64,000 bases of DNA from an uncultured virus (IMG/VR IMGVR_UViG_3300027906_000011) (lineage: Duplodnaviria; Heunggongvirae; Uroviricota; Caudoviricetes), in IMG/VR virus record IMGVR_UViG_3300027906_000011. The stretch is one strand, 5' to 3'. The notes beneath the pieces are model-generated. The model did no database searches. It was not told the origin of the DNA and saw only the letters and a program-made list of their open reading frames with translations. Of this stretch, positions 9,355-20,008 are shown piece after piece. The translations under genes were made by a program, and so were the position numbers. Every line of letters starts with the position of its first letter. Within the stretch, counting starts at the first letter, position 1.

Positions 9355-9624
9355 TTATAGTTTTATTGCCAATAATGTAAATATTGCCAACATGATTAAA
9401 TTTGCGAATAACATGAGAATGCCCAATATGGTGTGATACCATATCCATCTAGTTTTGTATGCGTTCTCAATTGTTAATTCATCCGGATCGGCGTCAGGTT
9501 GATATGATGGTTCATCTGTTATATCACCCATGCCATGTAATTTCTGTTCTACTTCTTGAACTCTCTGAACGAGTTCATCTTCCTCTCTACTACCCCAAAG
9601 GATTTGGTACCATTTCTTCATCAT
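9355..9624 (-). CDS. Hypothetical membrane protein
   Basis: C-terminal TM after YKTRWIWYHT. Confidence 0.55.
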   Translation of the reverse strand: MMKKWYQILWGSREEDELVQRVQEVEQKLHGMGDITDEPSYQPDADPDELTIENAYKTRWIWYHTILGILMLFANLIMLAIFTLLAIKL

Positions 9625-10718
9625 AATTTAAAGTCCTCAAATGTGTCGTCACTGACATCTTGTTTAATACCACCAATGACATAAGACTCAATCTCTGTCT
9701 CTTGTGGTGCGTTCTGTAATCCTCTACTGTTTAACCAGTGACGAGTCCACGGTAAAGGATTGTTTGCACTAGAGACATTATATATCTGGTTCAACCCAAT
9801 CATGCGTAGTCTCTTGTTTGCGATATATTCTACATATTTGTTTAACAACGGCACTGACAAACCAATCATACTACCATCTTTGAATAGAAACTCTGCCCAT
9901 TCTTTCTCTTGATTAACTGCATCTTCATACATTGTGTAAACTTCTTGTTCACAATCTTTCATGACCTTGGTCATCATCTTATCATTCTCTTGATTCTTAT
10001 AACACTTGAGTATGTGTTGTGTGATTGCAAGATGTTGTGCCTCATCTCTGGCGATAAATCCTATAATCTTGGCACTGCCTTCCATCAATTTCAATTCTCC
10101 AAATGCGAAACTACAGGCAAATGACACAAAAAATCGTAAACCCTCCAGTATGTTGACACTAATCAATGCGAGATATAATGCCTTATACAACTCATAATCA
10201 TCTACTTTCAGTCCTAGTAGTCTTCTTCTACCCAACTCAATGAAGTGGTCATATTTATCAGTCACCATTTCTGCCCTTTTGACAATCGCATCTTCTTCTA
10301 ATATGGTGTCAAATATATCACTAGGGTCTGCATATATGTTCTTTATGATATGAGTATAACTTCGTGAATGAATACTCTCCATGAAATCCCATGTAATGAT
10401 GCAAGACTCAAGTTCAGGTAAAGTGACAAACGGTAAGAATGCTATGGATGGCGCCCTACCTTGAACTGAGTCAAGCAAAGTTTGATACCTCAGATTTGAG
10501 GTGAATATATGTTTCTGTGCATCATTCAAAGTTTGATAGTCATTTCTATCTTTCTGTAATGATACTTCTTCTGGTCGCCAGAAGAATCCTAATTGTTTCT
10601 GCGTGAGTTTATCGAATATGGGATATTTGAATTCATCAAATCGTTGTGTGTTCAACTCTTCGCCAAAGAATAGTTTGTTCTTTGTAAAGTCTACTTTCTT
10701 TCTATTAAATACTGTCAT
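9621..10718 (-). CDS. nrdB: Ribonucleotide reductase class Ia beta subunit
   Basis: FWRPEEV, ESIHSRSY, EGLRFFVSF, RDEAQH, APQETE. Confidence 0.97.
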   Translation of the reverse strand: MTVFNRKKVDFTKNKLFFGEELNTQRFDEFKYPIFDKLTQKQLGFFWRPEEVSLQKDRNDYQTLNDAQKHIFTSNLRYQTLLDSVQGRAPSIAFLPFVTLPELESCIITWDFMESIHSRSYTHIIKNIYADPSDIFDTILEEDAIVKRAEMVTDKYDHFIELGRRRLLGLKVDDYELYKALYLALISVNILEGLRFFVSFACSFAFGELKLMEGSAKIIGFIARDEAQHLAITQHILKCYKNQENDKMMTKVMKDCEQEVYTMYEDAVNQEKEWAEFLFKDGSMIGLSVPLLNKYVEYIANKRLRMIGLNQIYNVSSANNPLPWTRHWLNSRGLQNAPQETEIESYVIGGIKQDVSDDTFEDFKL

Positions 10719-11656
10719 CTTTTCTTTTCAACCAATTCAAAATGGTCATAATTATTAACTAGTTCACCATAATTACTCTTATAATACTGATTACTAAATT
10801 CATGAAAGAGTTCTTTCTTCTTTGTGACTTCTTTATCTTCGTCACCACCACTTTCCCAACGATGTGTTCTGCCATCTAAATCCATTGGGTGGGCAGGATG
10901 ACCAGTGTGTTGGTCATGATTGAATCCCTCTTTAAAACCATCGATGTCTTCCATTCTAGAGTCTGCATTAAAGAAATGAACAAACAAGTGATATGATTCT
11001 TCACCTAGTAAGTAATCTCTCCAATGTGGAATGTTAGGTCCTTGATATAATAATATATCACCTGGTTCTAATGATACTGACTTGCACCCATTTCTCAATC
11101 TCTCTCGTTGGGCCAAGTCTTGTGTATCATTCTTAACTATCTCTGCACTTACACCTGCATAGTTCTTATCATTCTTTAACCATATCTTCCATGGTGTGTT
11201 ATCATCTGTCTGATAATCTAAACATAATGTAGCACTTATCTCACATGATGGTCTATCAGTGTGAGAACCCAAATATGCACCTCTTTCATACTTTCGAGTA
11301 TATGAATATGTCTCTCTCAAGTCCATATCAATATAATCCTTTAGTTTATTATGTATATATCCATGAAGTGCAATACCCCATGGTGTGCAATAACCACCCA
11401 TAGACTTACCAATTGAATCTTCTGGATTCTTGTATGTTATGTCTTTAACTTCTTGATGCGTGTATGCACCAGTGTATTCATCGGCACGCCACATATCCAT
11501 GGCCATGTCAATTATATCTTGTGGTAGGAAATCTCTTATGATGACATATCTATCGAACATGAACTCCCATGTTAATGGATTAGTTCTTCCAGATAGTATT
11601 TGGTCTTGATGTTTTACTCTGTAGTTTACTGTCTTTTCATCAAATGGCACAGGCAT
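10715..11656 (-). CDS. 2OG-Fe(II) oxygenase (PKHD-like)
   Basis: TYSYTRKY, HTDRPSCEISAT, PGDILLYQG, HWRD; start moved to MPVPF. Confidence 0.85.
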   Translation of the reverse strand: MPVPFDEKTVNYRVKHQDQILSGRTNPLTWEFMFDRYVIIRDFLPQDIIDMAMDMWRADEYTGAYTHQEVKDITYKNPEDSIGKSMGGYCTPWGIALHGYIHNKLKDYIDMDLRETYSYTRKYERGAYLGSHTDRPSCEISATLCLDYQTDDNTPWKIWLKNDKNYAGVSAEIVKNDTQDLAQRERLRNGCKSVSLEPGDILLYQGPNIPHWRDYLLGEESYHLFVHFFNADSRMEDIDGFKEGFNHDQHTGHPAHPMDLDGRTHRWESGGDEDKEVTKKKELFHEFSNQYYKSNYGELVNNYDHFELVEKKR

Positions 11657-13964
11657 CGCAATCTTCCTCACTATCGGAATCAAAAGGGTCACTTGGTAAT
11701 GACTCTTCCATAACATCTTCTACTTTACCATCCATTGTGTTCTGGTAATATGATGTCTTCCATCCATACTTATATGTGTTCAACAAGTCTCTTGCCATAA
11801 TAGAGACTGGAACTTCATTATTATCATAATTCTCAGGATTATATGACCAGTTGCCACTAATCCCTTGGTCAAAGAACTTCTGCATGACTGCAACTATATT
11901 GATATAACCTGTATTGTCTTGCATATCCCATAATAGAGTGTATGCGTTCTTAAGGTATGAGTATTGTGGAACTATCTGTTTGAGTGTTCCCTTCTTACTC
12001 TTCTTAACTGACAAGTAATCTCTAGGTGGTTCAATACCATTTGTTGCGTTAGATGTGACACTTGATGATTCACTTGGCATTTGTGCGGTCAATGTAGAGT
12101 GTCTTAGACCATGTGTTAGTATCTCTGCTCTTATTTTCTCCCAATCCATCTTATATTCGGGTTTTACTATATCATCTACATCTTTTTTGTATGTGTCTAT
12201 CGGTAATATGCCTTGTGCATACTTAGTTCTATCAAAATAGTCACATTTTCCCTTTTCCTTGGCTAATGTCATAGATGATTTGAGTAGATAGTATTGGAAC
12301 TTCTCAGTCAACTCGTGGACGAGTCTCCACGCACTCTCATCACCATATTTGACACGGTTCTTTGCAAGATAGTGTGCCAATCCAATGTATCCTATACCCA
12401 AACTTCGTCTTGCGAGTGTAGACATTTCAGCGGCCGCCACTGGATATTCTTGATAGTCTATCAACTCGTCTAGACCTCTAACTGCAAGGTCACATATCTC
12501 TTCTAATTCTTCTTCTTTTACCACACCTACATTGATTGCACTTAATATACATAAGGCAATCTCCCCACCATGGTCATCAATATGTTGTATGGGGTCTGTT
12601 GGTAATGTTATTTCTTGACATAGATTACTCATGTTAATCTTGTCTGTAAATGAACTATGACTATTGCAATGGTCAATGTTCATGATATAGATACGGCCAG
12701 TCTCCGCTCTCTCTTTTAATAAATCTGTTATTAGTTCTCTTGCACTAATCTTTCTTTTAGGAATTGAGTATGCATTTTCATACTTCTCATACAACTCATC
12801 AAACTCTGGCGTGCCAAATGCATCATATAAACCTGGCACATCATGAGGTGAGAATAATGTTATTTCTCCATTTTGAAGAAATCTCTTATAAAACAACTCT
12901 GATAGTTGTATAGAGTAATCTAACTTTCTTACTCTGTTGTCTTCTGTTCCCTTATTGTTCTTTAATACAATAATATCTTCAATCTCTTGGTGCCAAATAG
13001 GAAAATGAACTGTTGCACTTCCGCCTCTGACTCCATTCTGAGTGCAACATCTCACTGTTGACTCAAACTTCTTAAGAAATGGTATAACACCTGTGTGTTG
13101 CACTTCACCACCTCTTATCTTTGCACCCAATCCTCTAACTCTTCCTGCATTGATACCAATGCCTGCTCTTTGGGCGACATATCTACCAATCGCCATGTCT
13201 GATGAGAATAATGAATCTAGAGTATCATCACTGTCTACTAAGACACATGATGCAAATTGTTTCATCGGTGTTCTTACACCTGCCATTATAGGCGTGGGTA
13301 TGTTTATCTTAAATGTCGATGATGCATCATAATATTTCTTGATATACCATAATCTATCTTTCTCACCATGACCATTGTAGTTTTGAAACAATGTCATTGC
13401 AATTAACATATACATGAACTGAGGTGTTTCAAACATAGTGCCTGATGACCTGTCTTGTATAAGATACTTGTCTACTACTTGTTGTAAACCTGCATAGGTG
13501 AAATCTAAATCTCTACCATGCTTTAGATATGAGTTGAGTTTAATTAACTCTTCTTCTGAGTATTTAGATATTAAGTCTGTTGAATATAGACCCTTGTCTA
13601 TATTTCTCTCTATCATATCCTTTAGGGGAGGATATATCTTATCTAATGTGTCGTCTTTTGTTTTGTCTTTCCATTTGGTGTTGAACACTTGTTTTTGCAC
13701 TGCAAACAATAATAGTCTGGCCGCAACAAATTGATAATTTGGGTTGTCTAATGAGATTAAGTCACTGGCTGACTTAATTAGAATCTTCTGTATCTCTTTA
13801 GTTGTGATTCCATCATAGAATTGTAAACCACTGTTCATCTCTACTAATGATTCACTGACACCTGTGATATCTCTACATGCCTTCTCAACCATTACATGTA
13901 TTTTTTCTAAATCTATTGAAACTTTCTGACCGTCTGACTTAATGACCTTTACTTCTGAATTCAT
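11640..13964 (-). CDS. nrdA: Ribonucleotide reductase class Ia alpha subunit with ATP cone
   Basis: PTPIMAG, FASCVL, SNLCQEI, MPSESSS, KTSYY, terminal CDAC. Confidence 0.98.
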   Translation of the reverse strand: MNSEVKVIKSDGQKVSIDLEKIHVMVEKACRDITGVSESLVEMNSGLQFYDGITTKEIQKILIKSASDLISLDNPNYQFVAARLLLFAVQKQVFNTKWKDKTKDDTLDKIYPPLKDMIERNIDKGLYSTDLISKYSEEELIKLNSYLKHGRDLDFTYAGLQQVVDKYLIQDRSSGTMFETPQFMYMLIAMTLFQNYNGHGEKDRLWYIKKYYDASSTFKINIPTPIMAGVRTPMKQFASCVLVDSDDTLDSLFSSDMAIGRYVAQRAGIGINAGRVRGLGAKIRGGEVQHTGVIPFLKKFESTVRCCTQNGVRGGSATVHFPIWHQEIEDIIVLKNNKGTEDNRVRKLDYSIQLSELFYKRFLQNGEITLFSPHDVPGLYDAFGTPEFDELYEKYENAYSIPKRKISARELITDLLKERAETGRIYIMNIDHCNSHSSFTDKINMSNLCQEITLPTDPIQHIDDHGGEIALCILSAINVGVVKEEELEEICDLAVRGLDELIDYQEYPVAAAEMSTLARRSLGIGYIGLAHYLAKNRVKYGDESAWRLVHELTEKFQYYLLKSSMTLAKEKGKCDYFDRTKYAQGILPIDTYKKDVDDIVKPEYKMDWEKIRAEILTHGLRHSTLTAQMPSESSSVTSNATNGIEPPRDYLSVKKSKKGTLKQIVPQYSYLKNAYTLLWDMQDNTGYINIVAVMQKFFDQGISGNWSYNPENYDNNEVPVSIMARDLLNTYKYGWKTSYYQNTMDGKVEDVMEESLPSDPFDSDSEEDCDACAI

Positions 13965-14998
13965 GTTTTCTTATACTCCATCAATTGTAATTTTGCTGAG
14001 AGACCGTAAACTGTATTACTATTGATGATGTCGACAACTTCACTCTCACTCAAACCACTCATAATCATATCATTAATGTCCTTATACTCTGTTATTCTCT
14101 TATCATTCCAAATGCAAACACGATATCCAAGGTCGATGACCTCTTCTATCTTCTTTATAATTTCTTTGTTTCTTGGTTCATTATCGTAAACGAGTATTGC
14201 GTTATCTTTTATATCTTCTGGTATCTTTTTAAAATCACTACCAGCCACTGCGATACCGTTTGGTAGGAATAGACTATCTATGGGTCCCTCTGTGACATAA
14301 ATCGTCTTCGTTCTGTCCACTGAATTCAAATTGAAGATGAGTGGAACATCATCTCGGAATCTCATTGTTAAGTATCTTAGTGGTGAATCATTAATTGCAC
14401 GACCAGATACCCCAACCAACTCCCCATTCTCATCGTAGAATGGCAATACGATTCTAGGGTCATTACCTAGAACTCTATCTGTATACTTTGACGATAAAAG
14501 ATGTAATGTTTGTGCATGGGGCACGAACCAGATGTCTTTCATTGCATACTCAGGCACCTTTCTATTAATCAAATATTGGCGTGCCTCTGACTTTTCAGCT
14601 GCCAGAAAGGCGATTGCCTTTAGACTGCTATTCTTAGTCTTTACTCCACTTTTATTTAGAATATCTGTTTGTGGACTAAACTTAAATTTCTCGCTTGAAG
14701 GCATTTTTCTTTTAGGTTTATGCCCTTGTTCTGACAAAAACTCTTTAAGATATTCTCTGTGAATTGTAGGAAAATTTTCTTTTAAGAAATTTACACTAGA
14801 TGTTGTCTTTCCACAATTATGGCACTTATAAATGAACGATTGTTCCTTTACAAAATGATACCCTCTCGACTTGTAGACATTCTTTTGTGAGTCACCACAA
14901 TAAGGACATCTGTGATTTAATGTGTTTTCATTAACCCATTTCGAGCGGTCTAGGTTCGCCATAACCATAGACAAATATTTTCTTTCTAACCATAGCAT
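13961..14998 (-). CDS. gp61: DNA primase
   Basis: CPYCGDS...CHNC zinc finger; TOPRIM motifs TEGPIDSLF, DNEPRN, KDIND. Confidence 0.95.
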   Translation of the reverse strand: MLWLERKYLSMVMANLDRSKWVNENTLNHRCPYCGDSQKNVYKSRGYHFVKEQSFIYKCHNCGKTTSSVNFLKENFPTIHREYLKEFLSEQGHKPKRKMPSSEKFKFSPQTDILNKSGVKTKNSSLKAIAFLAAEKSEARQYLINRKVPEYAMKDIWFVPHAQTLHLLSSKYTDRVLGNDPRIVLPFYDENGELVGVSGRAINDSPLRYLTMRFRDDVPLIFNLNSVDRTKTIYVTEGPIDSLFLPNGIAVAGSDFKKIPEDIKDNAILVYDNEPRNKEIIKKIEEVIDLGYRVCIWNDKRITEYKDINDMIMSGLSESEVVDIINSNTVYGLSAKLQLMEYKKT

Positions 14999-15032
14999 TG
15001 ATATCCATTATACAGTAAGGCGTGTCAAAATA

Positions 15033-16214
15033 CTAGTCGTTTTTGCTGATTCTTTGAAGGTTTTTCTTGGGCACCTGAATCTTATATCTATGTTCAACAA
15101 CCTTAGGTTTATCTTCTTTAATCTTACGAACAATCAGGCCAGTAGAGGTTATCAATAATAACACCGCCAAGGGGTCAAACACAAATATGAGTGCAAAAAT
15201 CACCCACCTAACAGCGTTGTCAAGATACTTGACACTCTCTTCCTGGCCATATATCACTTCTGCGACATACTTGATTGGGCCAATCTCCGCCTCAAATCCT
15301 AATATTTCTTGTTCAAATACAAATCTCTCATCCTTGAGTATCCTTATATCATCATAGATACCATCTATCTCTGTGTTGTATTCTTCTGTTTTAAGTATAA
15401 TCTCATCTACATTACCTGTAGACAATGTCTGTAATCTGTTAATCTCTTCGTTTGCACCATCTATGGTGTCTTGTGCCTGTGCTCTGTATTTGTCTATATT
15501 GTCTTGTTGTGATGATATATCATCTCTAATCTGTGTTCTCTGTTCTGATTGAGATGCAAACAACTCATTTGCCTGTGTGACATAATCAATCACTTGAACT
15601 TCTGCGCCTTGAAATACACCACCCTCATCTAATGTGATAGTCTCTACACCCTTATTTCTTAGTTCACTAACAGATGTATCTAATGCAGTTAGTTGTGTTC
15701 TTAAACTATCTATTTGTCCTTGTGCATAGTCTATATCACCTTGAACTCTGTCCCATGCACCATCTCTTATCTCTATTTGTGCATTAACAGAAGATGTGAC
15801 ATCTACACCACCACTACTTAAAGAGATGATTCTATCTTCTATTGTTGTTATCTGATTCTCTTCTCTTGCAATTTGAGAGTTGATTCTCTCGACTTCTGAT
15901 TGTGCTACACCTGTTGCGTATGATGTATCTGAACTTGCCTTTGCAAGATACCCAAATATCCCTAATGAGGTAATCAACATCAATACAAACACTGATAATG
16001 CCAGATAGTATTTCATGTAATTGAGTCTATCCCAAAATATATGGAGATAGGCCGCAGTGACTATCTTACCAAACTCTAGTGTTCCTGTCATTATGATGAC
16101 ACCTAGAGCTGCACCTGCAAATATCGTTGCAAGTCCCAATACTGAAAAATATGCCGCTATACCTGCAATTGCGAGAGAGGTACCTAGGGCTAGGTAGTTA
16201 TAAAATTTTTCCAT
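15033..16214 (-). CDS. Multi-TM, long coiled-coil membrane protein
   Basis: Three N-terminal TMs, heptad region, GPIKYVA...IFVFDPLAV C-terminal TM. Confidence 0.6.
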   Translation of the reverse strand: MEKFYNYLALGTSLAIAGIAAYFSVLGLATIFAGAALGVIIMTGTLEFGKIVTAAYLHIFWDRLNYMKYYLALSVFVLMLITSLGIFGYLAKASSDTSYATGVAQSEVERINSQIAREENQITTIEDRIISLSSGGVDVTSSVNAQIEIRDGAWDRVQGDIDYAQGQIDSLRTQLTALDTSVSELRNKGVETITLDEGGVFQGAEVQVIDYVTQANELFASQSEQRTQIRDDISSQQDNIDKYRAQAQDTIDGANEEINRLQTLSTGNVDEIILKTEEYNTEIDGIYDDIRILKDERFVFEQEILGFEAEIGPIKYVAEVIYGQEESVKYLDNAVRWVIFALIFVFDPLAVLLLITSTGLIVRKIKEDKPKVVEHRYKIQVPKKNLQRISKND

Positions 16215-16220
16215 AATGTA

Positions 16221-18245
16221 TTAGTAGTCGTATCTTTTAAGAATTCGTTGATAGATATCTTTACTATCTTTCTCATTCTTCTTCTGATACTTATTTCTTT
16301 TTACTAAAGGCGTGTCTGTTGATACGGCACTGCCTGTAGAATTCACTGGTGCATCTTCTTCTATAGTTTCTTTAAAATATTTTGATACTTCATCTGCAAG
16401 TTTTACACCTGCCTTATAATCACTTGGGTAATGTAGTCCTGCTTGAACTCTACCCCATGCACATATGTCTGCCATGTCTCTTAGATTACCCTCATGTTCT
16501 GGATATTTCTTTGCATAGAAATTTGCGACAACATATGATTGTAGTGCATGACTGGAAGGATATGATGGTGTGTTTGCAGTTCCTGTTTTGAACTTGTTTA
16601 ACTCCATCTTATATTCATTTGCAAGTTGATACGGTCTAGGTCTGTTAAACATGTTCTTGTAATGTCTACCTATTGGTTTGCATTGACTCTTAATGTAATC
16701 AACTTCTTCTTCATCAAACTCTAAGTCTGAGTCTTCCATATATTCTTTTATGTAATAGTTGGCGTCTTCGTCACAATTTATGTATTGTCTTTTCGACTCA
16801 TCACTTACATTGTTTGTCTCATCTATTACTTGTGTTAATTCTTTCTTTGTTTGACCTGAACTGTTCATTGGTGGTGGGTCTAACTTAATAGAGTCCCAAC
16901 CATCTTCAAAGATATCTATCTCTTCATATTTCGGTTTCTTTAACTCGTCTTTAGATGCAAATACTACTGAGTCTATACTCATGACTGCCTCAATAAACAT
17001 AAGTTCTTCTACTTGCAAAGACTTTCCTCTTTTACTGAGTTTGATACCAAATTGTCTGGCCATTTTTACTTTATCTGCCCATTTTGCCTTCTGAAATTGT
17101 TTTGCAATCTTAGCGGCAACATGTTTCTCTACCTCACCCATATGTGGAAGAACTAGAGCTCCCTCATTCTGTATTCCTAGTTTCTTGTCTACTGCCTTGG
17201 CTGCACCACCAATGGTGTCACCCATTGTCTTTGCGTATTCTACCATCTTCTCTTTGACTTTCTTGCCGGCTTCAGTTTCGCCTGCACTCTTAAGTCCTGA
17301 ATATGTTAATGCCATTGCAAGTCCTGCTGGCCCACCCATCCAAATTGGTAAACCACCTGTGGCCATTCCCACACTCAGTAACCCTATGCCTTTGATACCA
17401 TCAGGTGTGGCGATAAGGTCTGCAAAACCAGCCTCTCCAGCAAACGCCGCTGGGATGATAGTGAGGTCAAAATCAGATTCTATATCACCTGAGAATGACA
17501 TTCTTAACCACTGACCTATTGCAAGTCCTGATACTGCGACAGCACTCATAGTTGCGAGTGCCTTATTCTTCTTCAAGAACTCATCGGTTTTGATGAGACC
17601 TCTTTCTAAATGTTGAAATGATTTTGTATCATGAATGGCGGCACCACCAACTGTCATAGTTTTACCTACAGTTCTGAGTGTTCCCATTACAATTTTAGAT
17701 GATGCAGATAGAGAACCACCAATTGCCTTAACTGTGTTATAGACTGATGGTTGTTTAAATGCAGTTGCAATAGTTTCTATGTCTACTTCAAGTGCATCTC
17801 TTACATCTTTGATATGTGATTTTAAATCTGCAACTTGAGTTGGTAATGAACCACCAACCTCATTTTCTGGTTTTTCGGGTGTATCTTTTTTCTTATCAGC
17901 ATATTTCTTGTTAAAAGCTCTATCACTTGCCGTATCTAGATTATTATCTTTGGGGGAATCTTTCGAAGTAGGTTTTGAAGTAGGTTCTGAATCACCTGTC
18001 TTCATTTTTGATAGTTGTTTCTTTAACTGTTTTGTTTTTTCTGAATCTGGATGTGCCTTAATATATGCCTGTTGTTTCTCAGGCGACATGTCGAAGAACC
18101 ATGCATCTTTATCCTTTTTTGCATCTTCAAGTAAAATCTCTTCGCATATTGAATCTATCGTGTCACAATAGTTTCTATAGTCTTCATCTATATGATATAA
18201 TACTTCTTCAATAAACATCTTCTGCTGTGAATAGAATTCTGTCAT
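16221..18245 (-). CDS. Multidomain protein with a C-terminal PAP2/vanadium-haloperoxidase-type phosphatase
   Basis: KNMFNRPRP, YPSSHA, GRVQAGLHYPSD; central Gly/Ala-rich hydrophobic region. Confidence 0.75.
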   Translation of the reverse strand: MTEFYSQQKMFIEEVLYHIDEDYRNYCDTIDSICEEILLEDAKKDKDAWFFDMSPEKQQAYIKAHPDSEKTKQLKKQLSKMKTGDSEPTSKPTSKDSPKDNNLDTASDRAFNKKYADKKKDTPEKPENEVGGSLPTQVADLKSHIKDVRDALEVDIETIATAFKQPSVYNTVKAIGGSLSASSKIVMGTLRTVGKTMTVGGAAIHDTKSFQHLERGLIKTDEFLKKNKALATMSAVAVSGLAIGQWLRMSFSGDIESDFDLTIIPAAFAGEAGFADLIATPDGIKGIGLLSVGMATGGLPIWMGGPAGLAMALTYSGLKSAGETEAGKKVKEKMVEYAKTMGDTIGGAAKAVDKKLGIQNEGALVLPHMGEVEKHVAAKIAKQFQKAKWADKVKMARQFGIKLSKRGKSLQVEELMFIEAVMSIDSVVFASKDELKKPKYEEIDIFEDGWDSIKLDPPPMNSSGQTKKELTQVIDETNNVSDESKRQYINCDEDANYYIKEYMEDSDLEFDEEEVDYIKSQCKPIGRHYKNMFNRPRPYQLANEYKMELNKFKTGTANTPSYPSSHALQSYVVANFYAKKYPEHEGNLRDMADICAWGRVQAGLHYPSDYKAGVKLADEVSKYFKETIEEDAPVNSTGSAVSTDTPLVKRNKYQKKNEKDSKDIYQRILKRYDY

Positions 18246-18825
18246 CTCCTATTCTTCCTTCGTATATGAGAATACCATAACCAATACTGTTCTGTTTTAC
18301 ATTGGTCACAACTGATTTCTCTTTGTAAACTTTCATCTCTCCATTCTCATCGAAGTTTTGTTTGAGTATTCTTCTTAAATAATATTCATCTTTTTGGATT
18401 ATTTGACCAACATCTGCGGATTCTGTTAGCATATCTGATTCAAATGCATCTACATCTTTTAAATGACGATAGAAGTCTTCAAACAATTGGTCTGTTTGTT
18501 CTGAGTCTAGATTAGTTTGTTCTTTAAGTAATGCAAGTGCAACAGCATATGATGCAAATGCAGTCTTACCAAATGGCACCAGTCTGATTAGTTTCTTTAG
18601 ATTGAATACTAGTCTATGTAAAGGTGTAAGGGAGTTTTTCTCATCTCTTGTTACCGGTTCATTCGGTAATAGTTGATTCTTGTTGTTAGGGTCTGGTAGG
18701 AACTTAATTCGTTTTCCATTTGAATCAATGAAACCAAATTTATACGCAGGAGTTTTTTTGAAGTCTGTTGTCAACATCTTCAAAATCCTGAATACGATTA
18801 AACTGTCTATTACTCTTCCGACCAT
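18208..18825 (-). CDS. Conserved T4-like phage hypothetical protein
   Basis: AYKFGFID..G, LTPLHRLVFNLKKL; CATAAATA 5 nt upstream. Confidence 0.6.
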   Translation of the reverse strand: MVGRVIDSLIVFRILKMLTTDFKKTPAYKFGFIDSNGKRIKFLPDPNNKNQLLPNEPVTRDEKNSLTPLHRLVFNLKKLIRLVPFGKTAFASYAVALALLKEQTNLDSEQTDQLFEDFYRHLKDVDAFESDMLTESADVGQIIQKDEYYLRRILKQNFDENGEMKVYKEKSVVTNVKQNSIGYGILIYEGRIGDDRILFTAEDVY

Positions 18826-18850
18826 AATACTATTTATGCAATCTGAATGA

Positions 18851-19222
18851 TTAAAGTTCTCTAAGTCTTTGTGCTAGTTTGTCATCTATAGGATAATCTA
18901 TCAACCAACCCTCTTCAATCAGACCCAAATACAATAACATTGTCTTTATTGATGACCAATGTTGTTCATCTTTTATCTTAAAATCTAACATTCTCATGCA
19001 TGGTTCATACCCAAATACATTGAATAAACATATGATATGATTTAACATGAGGCGTTCTCTCATCTCACCATTCTCATGGTAACGATGAAGTAATCGTTTT
19101 AGATAACGAAACCTACGCAAGTCTTCATTAAAGTCTTCAATGTCTTCACATTGAGGATCATCATAATGCTTTTGTGCGTATGCGTTAAAGTTCTTTGCTG
19201 TGATTTTGTCAAAAAGACCCAT
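18851..19222 (-). CDS. Conserved T4-like phage hypothetical protein
   Basis: YDDPQC, EDLRRFRYLKRL, RLMLNHII. Confidence 0.65.
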   Translation of the reverse strand: MGLFDKITAKNFNAYAQKHYDDPQCEDIEDFNEDLRRFRYLKRLLHRYHENGEMRERLMLNHIICLFNVFGYEPCMRMLDFKIKDEQHWSSIKTMLLYLGLIEEGWLIDYPIDDKLAQRLREL

Positions 19223-19237
19223 AATATAAGTTGTGTT

Positions 19238-19276
19238 TAGTTAAGTTCACTAAGATATTTAGTGAACTCTTAACTA
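19238..19276 (-). promoter_or_regulatory. Inverted repeat enclosing a late-type ACTAAATA
   Basis: tagttaag-ttcactaa/ttagtgaa-cttaacta arms. Confidence 0.45.
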
Positions 19277-19283
19277 ATTAGAT

Positions 19284-19718
19284 TTAGACTAAAGAACCGT
19301 AAACTTTGAACGAACCAGTTTCTAGTTGTTCGTATTTTACTTTTAAAGATACTACTTTTTCTTCTTTGTCTAACTGGTCGATAGGTGTGTCTACTGATTT
19401 ACCAATAGTTTCTCCCAACCAAGAGAATTGTATGTCTAGTTCGCCTGAACCAGTTATTTCTTCTTGTTGGACTTCACCATGACCTTCTACTGACCTCATC
19501 TTCATGAGACCAAGTTGTGATAACTTAGATTCCATCTGAGCGATAGCAGCGTGAGGATTTAAAAACTCACTTACTGCAACATGACCTAAGATTGCATTGA
19601 CTCTTGCCTTAACTTCGGCGTCTTCTATATCATAAGGGATATGAGAAGAACTGAGGCCTGCGCCACTGAATCCATCTAGTGAATGGTCTTCGTTTATGTA
19701 TTCTAAAAATGTTTTCAT
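19284..19718 (-). CDS. Putative internal head protein
   Basis: N-terminus MKTFLEYINE resembles the T4 capsid-targeting sequence. Confidence 0.55.
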   Translation of the reverse strand: MKTFLEYINEDHSLDGFSGAGLSSSHIPYDIEDAEVKARVNAILGHVAVSEFLNPHAAIAQMESKLSQLGLMKMRSVEGHGEVQQEEITGSGELDIQFSWLGETIGKSVDTPIDQLDKEEKVVSLKVKYEQLETGSFKVYGSLV

Positions 19719-19726
19719 TGTTTTTC

Positions 19727-19990
19727 CTATGATGTTTGTGCAACACCAACACCTTTAACTTCGGCGTTAGCGGCAAATATTTCATCAGAGGCATCTTTAT
19801 CAACAACTTCTGTTGCAGATGCCTTTAATGTAAATGTTCCAATAAGGACATTTCCACTGGTTTCGACTGATATTAATCTATCAGTCGTTCCAGTGTTTAC
19901 AAGTCTTACAGCAGTTGAACTGCCGAAATTAGAGCCGTTTGTTGTGCTTGTTCCACAAGCAGCTTCTGTGCCTAATACTTTTATTTTCAT
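19727..19990 (-). CDS. Small putative virion protein
   Basis: Beta-rich, Thr/Gly/Ala-rich; late-type TAAATA upstream. Confidence 0.5.
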   Translation of the reverse strand: MKIKVLGTEAACGTSTTNGSNFGSSTAVRLVNTGTTDRLISVETSGNVLIGTFTLKASATEVVDKDASDEIFAANAEVKGVGVAQTS

Positions 19991-20008
19991 AACTATTTAC
20001 CTACTTAC

